Assembly (NCBI GenBank): GCA_038496445.1
Contig: JALMLS010000257.1
Coordinates: 49,069 to 113,068 of the forward strand
Source: Trichosphaerium sp. ATCC 40318
Taxonomy: Eukaryota > Protista > Tubulinea
Reading direction: 5' to 3'
DNA: 64,000 nt
Shown here: in pieces, positions 26,701-39,195 of the stretch
Position numbering within the stretch: position 1 is the first letter of the stretch
How the letters are laid out: each line of letters starts with the position of its first letter
Notes under the pieces: model-generated
What the model was told of the DNA's origin: nothing
Database searches by the model: none
What the model saw: only the letters and a program-made list of their open reading frames with translations
Made by a program: the position numbers and the translations under genes

Positions 26701-26866
26701 CAGTTACAACACTCGCTTTATAAACGCATTAGTAATTTCAAGAATGAGGTAAATGTTCTAACCAGTCTTCTACGTCGTCACAACAACAATCATCGTCGTA
26801 GTCGTCTTCAAAATTATACCTACGACGCCCTGAATGGTATTTTGACGCGCCTGCGCGCTTTCTCAT
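23782..26866 (-). CDS. Type II membrane glycosyltransferase (GT2/GT7-C-like) (multi-exon)
   Basis: C-terminal exon GGAIILSHKKWKEVGGYTTEFFCGWSAEDLEMRNKL...LHMHH (GWxxED motif); N-terminal TM GFVFICLAFWIG; internal exons not fully resolved. Confidence 0.7.
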
Positions 26867-27372
26867 TGCCAGCTTGTAATTTAACATTAAGGCAACCTTG
26901 TTTACCTTATTATGTACCAAAGTGTTAACAGGCGCGAAATAATGACGTTTTGTATTTTTTACAGGCGATTTAAAGGTCCCGAAGCGGTCCGTACATATTC
27001 TGTTTCTCAATATCGCTTAAAGCGATCGTGGACATCTGAAAATAGTCAGAATCGCGTTAGAAATACTCGTTACAGAGCTTGACACGATTTTCTCAAAAAC
27101 CCAGGCGTTAGGTGATCTATTGAGTTGTGTTGCTCTTACAATCCTAAGTTGACGCTATGGAAAGCCTCGCTACGAGCCTTCAGAAGCAGAGGTTGGCTAA
27201 TAACTAAAACATAACGTGGCAGCGTAAAGGTTCAACTAATAGCGTATTTGGCGAACATAGCACGTTTATTGGATAGAACTCATGAGTATTACCGTGACAG
27301 CTTCCATAAAAACGTACGTGGTACTTTATTACAGCCACGCGAAAAAACCTCTCAAGAGATTTTATCAAGTCC

Positions 27373-28608
27373 TTAGCTCTCCATGTATTCCTCATTAGTC
27401 GTCCACCTTTCTCGGAAGCCAGGTAAAGTCGAAAGAATAGCTCCACCAATCCATGTTGAGTGTTGTCTATTCTCAGGAGCTATTACTCGTACGTGTGCTT
27501 TTTTAGGAGCAATTGTTTTTATCTCATTCTTTAATCTTTCTTCTAATCCGTTAATAAGAGTATTACCTCCAGATAGTATAATCGTATCATACAATTTCTA
27601 GTACATAATAAGAAAGGTAAAACTGAAGCTTTACTTGATGGGTAAAACATTGTACAAAATGGACCTCAGGTTGACGCACCTTTCTCACATCGATACCACA
27701 AGCCATAATTGAGTTGTTTACCATCTCATGAATACCAAGATGTTGCATGCCAATAAGGGTCGGATCAAATAATATCTCAGGGCATCTGAATCTCTCAGTA
27801 CCAATATTCATCTTTTGTAAATCAGGCATGGAATAAGGAAAAATATGAGAAGAAGAATCAGATGCCATTCTCCACTCTTTTTCAACATTTTTAGATACAT
27901 AGCATGTTTTCTCTTTTATATCCCTAGCTGTTTCCCATAAAGCTGTAGTATTTAAAGCAATACCTCTTTCTGCTAGTAATCTGACCATATAATCAGTGAG
28001 ATCCGACCCGCCCAAGTTTATTTTTTTTATCGCAGGAGTTATAGCAACTCCTTTATAAACCGGTACAGAAAGCGTAGCACCTTCCCCAGACTCAAGAACT
28101 AGCCCTGTAGAACGACCAATAGCATAAAGTGGTAAAGCTGGTTGATAAGCAAAGTACAAGCCGCCCACTTCGAACTTCTCAAACATTATCTCCATCAACT
28201 TTTGACTACACAAAAAAAAGTTACTATCAGATGTACTACAATGCTATCATTTTGATTCACGTACTGCTGTTTGATTGGTGTGAATAGACCTATTGTAAAC
28301 ATCATATTATACTCTTGAGGAGAAACAGCTAGAGTATTATAAAACGCTGAATGTATAAGCCTCTCTAAGTTATCCCAGTTCTTTACGATACCGCGTTTGA
28401 TAGGATACTCTAACGAGAGAATTCCTCTGTATTCTTGAGCTAGATCTCCAACATAGTGTTCTTTAATAGGTATACCAACCAATACATGCTTATAACGCGG
28501 TGTGCCGACAATTGAAGGGTATACACATCTCGGATACTCAAAATCAGCACGACCTGCCGAAAAAACACTAGAACCGGCGTCAATTATGATCGCAGCTCTT
28601 TCATCCAT
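27373..28608 (-). CDS. Divergent actin / actin-related protein (3 exons)
   Basis: IIIDAGS...YPSIVGTPR; ESGEGAT; LGGSDLTDY; ERFRCPEILF; ILSGGNT; STWIGGAIL. Confidence 0.92.
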
Positions 28609-29312
28609 GATCTAAAAGGCGTTAAAGGCAAATCGTACGGAACTATTTTAAAAGCAGTGATTAGTGCTTTTTGTGGTGCCTTATGCCATATCGTTCGGTT
28701 TTCATAAAGTTATAGTTGTTTTAATCTTTAAAAGACGCTATATTGGTAAAACTAGTGTAAAACTACATACAAAGTATTTGCTGGGCGTCGAGTAGTGTTT
28801 TTATGTTCTTTGCTTGTGCGATGTGACTTTGGAGTTGTGTTTTCTATTTTCGGCGCATTTCGAATTATTATTCACAGAACAAGCAAGCTTTATTTTTACT
28901 TCGATAAATTTATCAATTACAGGCAAATAGCTGCTAGTACAAGCAAGCATTGTTGCTATCATAGTATTAGTATCGAGTATCCTTCTCAGTTTATTCTTTC
29001 TTGGTATTCAAAAGACCTTGCTTCTCTGTCTGGACATAGAATCGCTTAGCAGTTCCAGGTAGGAAGTTAACTTATCTCGAGTGGGACTTGCCGTGGAGGG
29101 ACCACTATTACTTTAAGGTTAATATATGTGCTATCCAAAAGATCGAGTAGAACAGTGGAAGGCAAGAAGAATGTGGATCCTCCACAGTATCGACCTAAAG
29201 ATATGTTTGGTAGCTAAAAACTGCAAAATAAGTTTAAAGGCGACTGGAACTTTTGAGATTTACTTGGTGTATTCACGTGTTTCTTCGGTGTTCATCAACT
29301 ATAGTTATAACT

Positions 29313-29767
29313 TGTAGAGTAATCGATGATACGTTACAGGTTAACTACACCAAGAGGAAGGCCATAGTTTAGCTTTTTTTTAGGAGAATTTTTTGATGAG
29401 CACAAAAGTACGCTCAGAAGTGGCATTTACTTGCTTCGCAAATCAAGTATTATTACTTACAATTCAGAGTTTACGAAAATGACAGTGTGAATAATTGCGT
29501 TATGTAGATATATTTATGTACTGGTTACAACATAGAACAAATTAATCTAACTGATCAAGTGATTATTAAAACAAGATTGGAAGAGATTCGATCCACACGT
29601 CTGAGATATAGATGTAGAGTAATCGATACGTTACAGGTAACTACACCAAGATGAAGGCTTTACTTTTTTATAGCAGCCTTTGACGCACAAAAGTACGAAG
29701 TAGCATTTACACTCACTTACTGGAGTGACTGTGATAATTGCGTTATACATTACTGGTTACAACATAG
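29313..29767. repeat. Diverged local tandem duplication (29313-29535 vs 29613-29767)
   Basis: Both copies share tgtagagtaatcgat...acgttacagg...ctacaccaaga, gcacaaaagtacg, ataattgcgttat and tactggttacaacatag, with indels. Confidence 0.75.
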
Positions 29768-30516
29768 GCTAACACAAGTTGTATGGAAAGATTGACTGTG
29801 AAGGTCTAAATGGCTATGGTTTTCAAAACGAAGTTCCAACAAAGTTTGAAAATACCGGTGCGCTTTCCTTTTTCTTGGCATGTGTATTGTCACTGCCGTT
29901 GTAAATACAGGGCAGGTCAGAAAAGAACACAGTTTATACTTAAAACGTGATACGAGGATTTAGATTGCGCAAGAAAGTTCGAAGTACTTTTTTAAATGGT
30001 TCACCTAACAGAAGTTATGTCACCTTTGTTTCTAAAATGTAGTTAAAAGTGACCACTGTTGTTGTCATTACTTGTTGCAATAACATTTACTATATGCTTC
30101 TTGCTAGCGTCGGCAACTGTAAATTTTAAAACAAGCGCTAGTAACAAATATAATGTAGGTTAACTATATTGTTTGTAGTTGGTATGTTGGTGGATTAGAT
30201 CATTACGGAGAAATTGATATTGCGCACATCCGCTAGTTGACTGCCATTGGTTATATTCTCGTTTTAACATTAATATCCTGAACAGGGTTCAGTGCTCGCT
30301 GTATGTGAGTGTAGTCAGAAAACGCTGGCACAAAATAAAGCTTACCAAAAACCTAATAATCAAGTGTTTTGTCTACACCTTACACAGTACTGCGTTTTTA
30401 AAACAAATCACAATTTAAAAAAATAACCATTTTTAGAAATGTACACGTGATTTATTTTCGTAATAAAACGTAACAAATTAAACATTATTCAAAACGCTAC
30501 ACAACAAACGCAACTC

Positions 30517-31428
30517 ATGAATTCTCTCATTCTGATTGCGGTCACGTGTTTTATCGCCTTATCTATGGCACAATACAACCCAAGCCATCCAGGTTGGACT
30601 GATAGCTACTCTCGCGGTGGTAGATGCTGGTGCCGTTCTACAAACTTCGATCACGACCTCGACGACATAACAAAAGTTTGGTATGTTATCAATGGAGTAC
30701 GACGAAACATCAGAACGATTTGTGAAGAGCTCGAGCTACACCCAAACTATTTGCCTTTCAGAGACGGAACTGATCCTCCTTACAACGATATCCAATGCGG
30801 CAACGGTCCTCCAAACACAGCCCCAGATGAGACAGGATGCCCTGGAAGAACTGACCTCGGACCAAGCGGATGTTTTAATATTGGTGTCACGTGGGATACT
30901 GCTTGGCTTCAAGCACGCCCTATCTTCAACGGTGGGTCTTCTAGCAATACTTTCATTCTCCGTAAAGGTAACGCCAATGGATACGCTCTTGACGGAGATA
31001 CTGGCGCTGCAAACAATCAAAACATCTATCTTTGGCAATACAGTTCCTCAAATATAAACCAACAGTTCGAGGAGATATCAATTTCCGGCGGTTTTATTGC
31101 CTTAAGGAAGAAGAACACTAACCATTGTTTGGATGGCGGTAATGGTGGCGCTAATGGACAAAATCTAAAGATGTACTCTTGTTCTACAAGCAATCAAAAC
31201 CAACATTGGAAGAAGGTATGGCTAGTTTGGTTTTTTTCTCGTTTTTTTACAAGTGCTAATTTTCCTTTACAGGTTTCTGTCGGCAGTGGTAGATTTAGAC
31301 TAGAAAAGAGAAACGCTCCTGCATACTCTATTGACGGAGATGGTGGTGCTACAAATGGACAAAACGTGTACTTGTGGAGTTCAAGCAACACAAACGGAAA
31401 TCAACAGTGGATTTTCGAAAGTGTTTAA
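30517..31428 (+). CDS. Secreted ricin-B (beta-trefoil) lectin with Cys-rich N-terminal domain; one intron 31216-31272
   Basis: Signal peptide; three QxW-type subdomains (NQQF, NQHW, NQQW); removing the 57-nt in-frame intron restores WKK|VSVGSGRFRLEKRN. Confidence 0.85.
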   Translation: MNSLILIAVTCFIALSMAQYNPSHPGWTDSYSRGGRCWCRSTNFDHDLDDITKVWYVINGVRRNIRTICEELELHPNYLPFRDGTDPPYNDIQCGNGPPNTAPDETGCPGRTDLGPSGCFNIGVTWDTAWLQARPIFNGGSSSNTFILRKGNANGYALDGDTGAANNQNIYLWQYSSSNINQQFEEISISGGFIALRKKNTNHCLDGGNGGANGQNLKMYSCSTSNQNQHWKKVWLVWFFSRFFTSANFPLQVSVGSGRFRLEKRNAPAYSIDGDGGATNGQNVYLWSSSNTNGNQQWIFESV

Positions 31429-31783
31429 ATAATCACAATCAATAAATCAATTCGACTAAAACAAATACATTTTTATTGTAGCTTCAAGACCTAATTTAGC
31501 AGTACCATAATTAAGATTAAGATTTCCTCATCCGTTTGTGTAAGGAACCACATATTGGAGGACAAAATGTGTCTCATCCTGGCCCTGATCTCCTGGTCAC
31601 ACAGCCAGAGACATTGTCCCATTTAAATGGACTAGCCTGTGTACATACAATACAAAAAAACTTTACAAAATTGCTATTGTGATAGTTGTACACTTTGAGT
31701 TTTCTTTGTAAAGTACTTCGAAAATCAAGGTTGAAACAAAACCAAGTGTAAAGACTTTGATGTTTAATTTCTTTACAAATACA

Positions 31784-34676
31784 CTACTGTTTTTGTGTCT
31801 GCACTGATGAGTTCATCAAACCCAATGCACTTGGATTTTTCACAAGGAACCAGGCTACTCCTGCACTTACACCAACAACAGCAAGGGATACCATGAGTTT
31901 CCAGTTCATCCAACTTGGGAACAATGTAATTGATTCTCGTGGCTTGAATCTACTCTTTGGAGAAGCAAAAGACTCAATATAAGCAATCTCTGCAATCTGA
32001 TGACGCAGTCTAAGGGTTCAATATTAGAAAATGATCATTTCACAAGTGGTAGATAGACAAAGAAAAAAAAAAGAACTTCGTTATGATTTCCGCAGTATTT
32101 TGCTACCACCTTTATCCATGAACAATGATAATAAATACAAATCCATTATAAATAGTAATATATCAGGTGTTCAGTGAAGTATAGCGTATGAGTACGGAAT
32201 GAAAAGCTACAAATCTGGTTTTTTTTTCGAATCAAAAATATAAACGATAGTAAAATGCTTGGGTATGAAATCCGACACAAGCTTAACAAAATTGTAAAGT
32301 AAAACGGAAATGAGAAGTCTTTGTCATACCTTGAAATATCTGTTGGTGGAGTAGGGTTTTTTTGAACTAAATCTTCAATATCAACAGCACCTTTTACACC
32401 ACAAGAAAAACCTTCAAACCAAGGACGTCCAACTTCAGCCATACTTCTCCATTTTCGATATCTTACACCCAGAGAATCAGCTCTTACCGATGAATTCCAT
32501 GCTTTTGCTCCATGCAAGAGGTTGTATTGTTGACCTAGCAACTACTATCAGCTAACATACATCACAAAAGTCGAGAACAAAGCCTTTGCCAGCATATTTT
32601 TGCTTGGCTGTTGGCTAAGGAATCAGCTGAATACAGCTATTTTACACTCTAAAAAGTGGACATAAAAAAGTATGGTTCTGCAGTGAAGTACTAACGCAAA
32701 TTTCTATAACTTTGTGACGCTATTATTACCTGCTAGAAGTTCGACATCTTGTTCTATTACTTTATCAGAATTCCATGTAAATAAATGATTAAATCCAGGG
32801 ATGCGTGAACCCCATCTAGATTGCAATATATTAGCAGTTGAGCAACTAGATTAACAATCATACTTTATGAAGTTGAAGTTAAAAATATAAAGAAATCTCA
32901 TCTTAGTCCGTGTTACAGGAACCTTAAAGACCATTAGTATTCTATTTAGGATGATCGCGATATGATTTACATACACACATTTGCATTTGAATCATCTTAG
33001 ACCCTATAAATACAATGATTAGAATAGCTCTGAATCATTGTTATATTACAAGGTGAAAATAATTTGAAGGGTTTTTTGGATAGACGCATGAGTAGCAACA
33101 AAGGTTAACTATCATTTGTGATAGCGGTACTACAATCACATATTTACATAGTACAATATAAATTTGATATTAATGGCACAAAGAAAAAGGTCTAACAAAC
33201 ACATGCAAAAAAAAAAAACACGTGCCTTTCTTTCCTAGTTGTAAATCTATCTTTACAAAACAAGGTGGTACGAATATGAAATGGATATCGTTTTTATCTG
33301 GTTTTTGATAGTATTCGCATTTACCATGCATCCCTTTAAAGTTATCTCTAAACTTTTGTCGGCTTTTTTCAGTCTGATTTCCTAACGACTAAGTAAGTAG
33401 CATATCATCAAAGAAAACCAAAAGAAAGGTTCTTCAAAGGGAAGTTTAACTAGTTCTATCTGGGAACTGTAGCTACAATACTGTACTTGATTTTCGATAC
33501 ATAAACACGTTGATCTTTAACAAAGTTCAATCACGTGCCAGCCTGAATTGTGGCAAGATTTACGATTTCAATTAAAACAAGTTTTTTTTTGCATACCTTC
33601 TTTATCATAGTTGTCGACAGTACGCCCAGGAATAGATATATTATCATACAATACTGTCATTTTCATAGGTGTTATATCCTTTCTGGATGATATAGTGCCA
33701 TCATGGGTAAAAGGTAGATGTGCAGGATCAAGCAAATTCTCAACCATAAGGCCATGATCTCTAAGCGAACTTTTAAAAAAACACAGCACATGAAACAAAG
33801 CTACTATTTTTGGAAGCGAAAGCACGGGTTAAATATGAAATAGAGCCCATGTCTAGTTTTAAAAATACTCGAAAAGCAATTGTACCAATTTTCATAAACA
33901 GAGTTTTGGGTGAAAGTAAAAGAGAAAACAAACAATGTCATTTTAAATATTAGCTTTCAATAATCCACGTACATTTCGAGATCTCTGCTTCCATGGCACT
34001 GCATATAATCTGGATCTGACATCTCATCAAAAAACATATCAGGTAGTTTATCTTCTGTAGCCTAGAACTGAAGTTAAAGCAGACAATCGACAGAAACAAA
34101 AAAAAGGTTAAAATCTATCTTATTTTTTTACGTACTTTTTCAGCGTCTCCCACCCATACCCATACAAGAGTATAGCGTTCAATGCAAGGATATGATATAG
34201 CTCGATTAGCAGACGTCGGTTTCCTATCAATTGATGGTATTTCTAGGCATTCACCGTCTTCTCCAAACTGCCAACCATGATACTATTTTTTTTTGGCAAG
34301 TCAGCGCTCAACTACAACGGAGAAATATAATATTACCTTGCATTCCAGTTTACCGTCTACCATTGATCCTATTGAAAGCGGTGCTGATCTATGAGGACAT
34401 TGATCGCTCAAACAAACGATTTTACCTGTACGGTACTAAATAAGCGCTAAACTTCGTACAATAAACAACTTCGCTACAGTGTTACAGAAAAAGGCGGCTA
34501 AATAAGCAAAATAGGAGAAGAATCGGAACAAAGTGTAAACGATACTAACCATCCTTATCCCTGAATAGAACGATGGGATCGCCAAGCAATTGTATGCCAT
34601 ATGGTTCCTTTGATGTTATATCTTTACTAAAAACAATTGGATACCAGTTATCACGGAGCTGTGGTATGCTTGACAT
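31784..34676 (-). CDS. Rieske non-heme iron oxygenase, PaO/Tic55-like, with C-terminal TM anchor (multi-exon)
   Basis: NWYPIV...DQCPHRSAPLS...LECKYHGWQF Rieske motif; ENLLDPAHLPFTH mononuclear-iron motif; C-terminal LMVSLAVVGVSAGVAWFL. Confidence 0.88.
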
Positions 34677-35079
34677 GTCACACAACTTGCAAAAAAATGA
34701 CACGAAGTACTAACTTAACAAACCAAAATGGAACAACATCAACTACAATTAGACACACTACAACTATACTTGATGACGGAGTTCGTCGTATTTTACTCTC
34801 AGACCATTCGGTGTACTCTAGCGTATCACTAGCTATAGAAGCATGCTCAGTTGGTGTACTATGGGCAGTTATGAAGGTTTTAAAACGCTAAGTGCTTCGC
34901 AGTTCACATTGTCCAATTCTTTCATTTCACTCAGTGCACAGCATAGTCCTAAATTACGTAAGTAATTTTTACCTCTTTGTAGGTTGTTAAACCACACGTG
35001 ATAGGTTAAGGTACATCAATAATTAAGTAATTTGTGCTTTTTTTTCACTTGAGTCGGTACCACGTCAGGATAGCTCAAT

Positions 35080-37843
35080 ATGAGTAACAAGAGCCCAAAG
35101 GGCGCGAACAGGATAAGTGGAAGGGATATTGTAAGGCGTGTGTCCAGTTTCCTGTTGAAGACGCCCAAACCGGAAGCAGAGTACGTGTTGGTGGTATCTA
35201 CAAGTCTAAATACAAAAAAAGAACGCTCAACATTGACGCCGAAGGCATAATAAACACAGAGAAGGCCAGTAGAGTACTACATATGCCAGTGATGCTTAAA
35301 AACCGGTTAAAATCTCCAAAATTCTTTGAGCACTTTCTAGTCATCGGCTACAACAATTCTGCGCATGTACGACACCTACCGCGGCCTCCAAAACGCCATA
35401 CATCAAAAAACTAAATCATTTTTCAAACAAAAACTGCAAACGATTAACAATTTTGATTTAGGATAGCAGTACGCCCCAATCAGATGGTGTGATACTATAC
35501 AAATACCCTCCAAACTCAGAGTACGTCCATTTAACACCAAAATTCCCCAAAACCTTTTGAAGTCGCCCCAAAGCGTTTTATTCGCGACAAATTCCTCTTG
35601 TAGGGTGTTCTTGAGCTTTTTAAAGAAAATCAAAAAATCGAAGCAATTTATATTTCTTTTTACCAAATTGGTATTTTGACACTTTGGCTTTCTGACTTCC
35701 AAGAGCTCTTAAAGATACACCATTTTTGATTATTTTGTAGACTCGTTGTTGGTAATATCGCTTCTTTTTGCTTCCCTTGCGGTGTTTCTTCTTCTGGTAA
35801 CCCTACTGCTGATTTTCTGGCTAAACAAGCAGAGAATGAGGAAGATGATCCTATGGGTAACATTAAAACTTATCATTACAAAAACCAACAAAACTCCTTC
35901 TTGTTCCTTCAAACAAACGCAAAGAAGGAGATTTTTTATGGTGTATGCGTTATTGATTCTAATTTAAAGGTGCGTATCTAATACTATCGATTATCTTCTT
36001 TATTATTTTTAATACACGTGGAAAAGGTTGGTATCACGTGAATAATTTTTAACGCAAGCCAGTTTTGTTTTTCAGTTTTTTCCCTTCTCAATCTTTGGTT
36101 TCTCTTCGGGACTTACGTTCTGGTTAGACTTTTCCTGGGTTTATTGAGTGCGATGATAAGACTCAGTATAGCGAAAAGAAAGCTTTTGTATTTATAACTC
36201 AACAGCCGGCTTTTTCTCTATTCTTTGATGTGATTTATCAAATACTCTTGCGTACGCTAGTACTTTCTTTTTTGATTTTTTTATTGAAAGACTTGCTTCC
36301 TCTTCGCCCGGCACAATTATCGTTAACCTGCTGTGATATGTTAAAACCTAAAAAAAACACTCACCAAAACGATTGAGGGCTGCCAAGCAAATATTTCTGT
36401 TTTTCTTTTTTTTTTTTTGGTATTTTTACCTGCGAATTTACTTTCGTTGTAGAAACAGAGCAAAGTAGTTTATGTTCTTCAACAGATATCAAAGAGCAGA
36501 TACCTACTATATTAAGCTCATTTTACTCAGCTGCCTTACCAAAACCAGGTGCGTTGGGCTCTAAAGAGGCCTACTATGAATTTTTTTAAAAACTTCGGTT
36601 TCATAAGTACAAACCACATAACACTTTAGCTTCCTTGCGTACCACACAAGTAAAGTTGTTAAAAAATCACTTGTACTTCTTTCTTTATCTATTTTTATGG
36701 CGCTTTGTAAGAGTATTATTGATTGTCTTGTTTCTCATATTTTCAACGCTTATTTTTACTGACTTATTCGCTATTAAGGTAGCCAGTTCCGAGTACCATT
36801 GCTTCCTACTGTAGGAGGATTTGTAAGACCTTTACATTCAGATGATGAATACTACTTGGCGGATTACTCTATTCCTATATTGTTTCACGTGTTTAAGAAG
36901 AGGCAAATCCTTTGGTTGCTTAGTGCTATACTGTTAGAAAGAAAGATTCTCTTCATTTGTAAGAATGTTAGAATGCTATCATCAGTAGTGTACGCCCTTT
37001 TTACGCTCACTGTAAATTATAACAACGTTCACAACACATGCAAAAGAAAGCGCCGAAGAAACGTTTTTTTTTCTTTTTTTTTTGTTGGATATTTCTCTCT
37101 AATTTTCTGTTTTACTAGGTTATCTTTTGTTCCATTGCTCCGACCTTTTGAATACCAATCTGTTGTTGTACCAGTTTTACCAGAAAGGATGGATATGTAC
37201 GCTTTTTATTAACGTAAAGCTATGTTAAATAATTATTTCTTAAAGGGTGATTGAAGCACCTGTTCCATTCCTTATTGGTTTACCTCGTGGACCAAATGCA
37301 TCATCTCTTAATGTTCCTAAAGATGTTATACTTGTAAACGTAGATGAAAAGAAGATAACAGTAACTGGAGGTCTTTCTTCAGTACCAGAATTACCACGCC
37401 AAGCTACTATGTATCCAAACAAAACTCCAACTTTTTTTTCACTTTTTTCCCTTTTTGTTTCGCTTAACTCAGTTGACAGCTCTAACTTGTTGACGACTTA
37501 TATACGTGGTTTAAAACAATATACTACAACAGATGTTCCTTATACAACAACAGCAGATTTATCAAAAGTAGCACAAGGGATATCTCATTCATTCTTTGGG
37601 TTCTTTAGTGATTACTTTAAAGACTTTAAAAAATATTGCTTGACTGATATATCAGAAGGTATCACTGTTTTCCTTAGAGATAGCTTCTTGGCTGTATTAC
37701 CTGAGAGAGAAAAGAAGTTTTTTAAGTTATTTATGGATACGCAGATATGGCATGAGTATAAAGGGACAAAGGTTGAGCATATTGATCGTATGCAACAGTA
37801 TAGTCCAAGAAGGAAGTTATCAGATCCAACAAATTCTCTTTAA
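35080..37843 (+). CDS. DENN domain protein (Rab GEF family) (multi-exon)
   Basis: FFEHFLVIG; FYGVCV; AILLERKILF; LLRPFEYQSVVVPVLP; IEAPVPFLIG; FFKLFMDTQIW. Confidence 0.9.
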
Positions 37844-38408
37844 GATTTGAAACTTTTTTCTTCTTTCTTTCCTTCTTTCTTTCTCGTCATAATGCAGCTC
37901 TCTTCTTTCTTCTTCTTTGTTGAGTTACTCGTAAATTGATTGATGTCGTTTTCTTGGTATCATTGAAGGCGAGGAGGGCTTGTAGTAGACGACGAAGTGA
38001 TTGTAACATAATGTAACATAAAACAAAAGAAATAATAAACAATTTTTTATGACAAACATTGACTTACTCCCGGCTTTTGTATGGCTGACAATTTGTGAGT
38101 GAAGAGCCATAGCTATTACGTGTTGCAAAGCGGGGAAGTACTTTACCTGCTTACAAAAATATAAACGCAACGTTGGGTGTTGTAATCTTTGTCTAAATAA
38201 GCTGCACATTCTAAAATAGGTTTGTTTCCTGTGCTCAGTTTTTCTTGTAATATTGGGAAGCCTGTCAAATTACTTATGTTCAAGCTACTACCTATTCACT
38301 CACCTAAAGTTCTTTATGCTACTCGGTACTTTCCTTCGAAAAGTCGTTAACTAATCATCTTGACTTTCAACGGAAACAAAATCTTCCAGTAACATTCCAA
38401 TTAAAGCA

Positions 38409-39195
38409 ATGACTCTCACTCTTACAGCTTTATCAGCCATACTTCTCATTTGCTTAGCATACTCTACTAATGCGTACCAGTTAGAGGTAAGCGCAAGCGA
38501 TCCTTGTTTAGCCAAAGGAAACGGCAGTTCTATCGATATTTCGTACGCATTCTTTCGCTACTTTCGCCTCACAAAGTCGCGTTTTGTCGTTTTTCAGTTA
38601 GACGTTCACTAACGTTTTTATTGATTACAGTAACCTCTTCGACTATCCTGTTATCTTCAAAGGAGACCACGGATACACTTATACATGGTCACCATGTAAA
38701 CCAATGTATTGCGGTAATAGTGATGTACCTGCTGCTATGTGTCAGCAAGCTGATATGTTATACCATGTTGGTTCACACACAAATGCAATGTGGATGTTAA
38801 ACACATATTTCTATCCAGCTGAGAGACTATCTTTCAACGTACGTTTTTTTTCTTTGCCTAACTTATTCTTGGGTTTTTTTGGCTTAAACTGTTCGAAGTC
38901 TACCTTTCAAATTTTCAAAACGTCTTGATGTATACGATCTCTAGTACCTCTACAGATAGAAAAATAGATATTATCCATATTAGATGTATAGATAGTGAGC
39001 ACTATGACTAACTTGATTTTTTCTTAGATTTGGTATCCAAATGGCGAACAATGGAGAGCAACTAAAGTCAAACTCATTGCTGACCCTAACATCGAAAAAG
39101 CAACCATTATGTTTATCGATGAATCACCTATCTTGCAATACAACGTTCTTGTAAAATATCCATGCCGAAGTAATAACTGTCTTGCTAGCCAATAA
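38409..39195 (+). CDS. Small secreted MRH (mannose-6-phosphate receptor homology)-like lectin (3 exons)
   Basis: Signal peptide; GYTYTWSPCKPMYCG...AAMCQQ...IWYPNGEQWRATKVKL...DESPILQYNV matches the MRH/ATG27 pattern. Confidence 0.6.
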
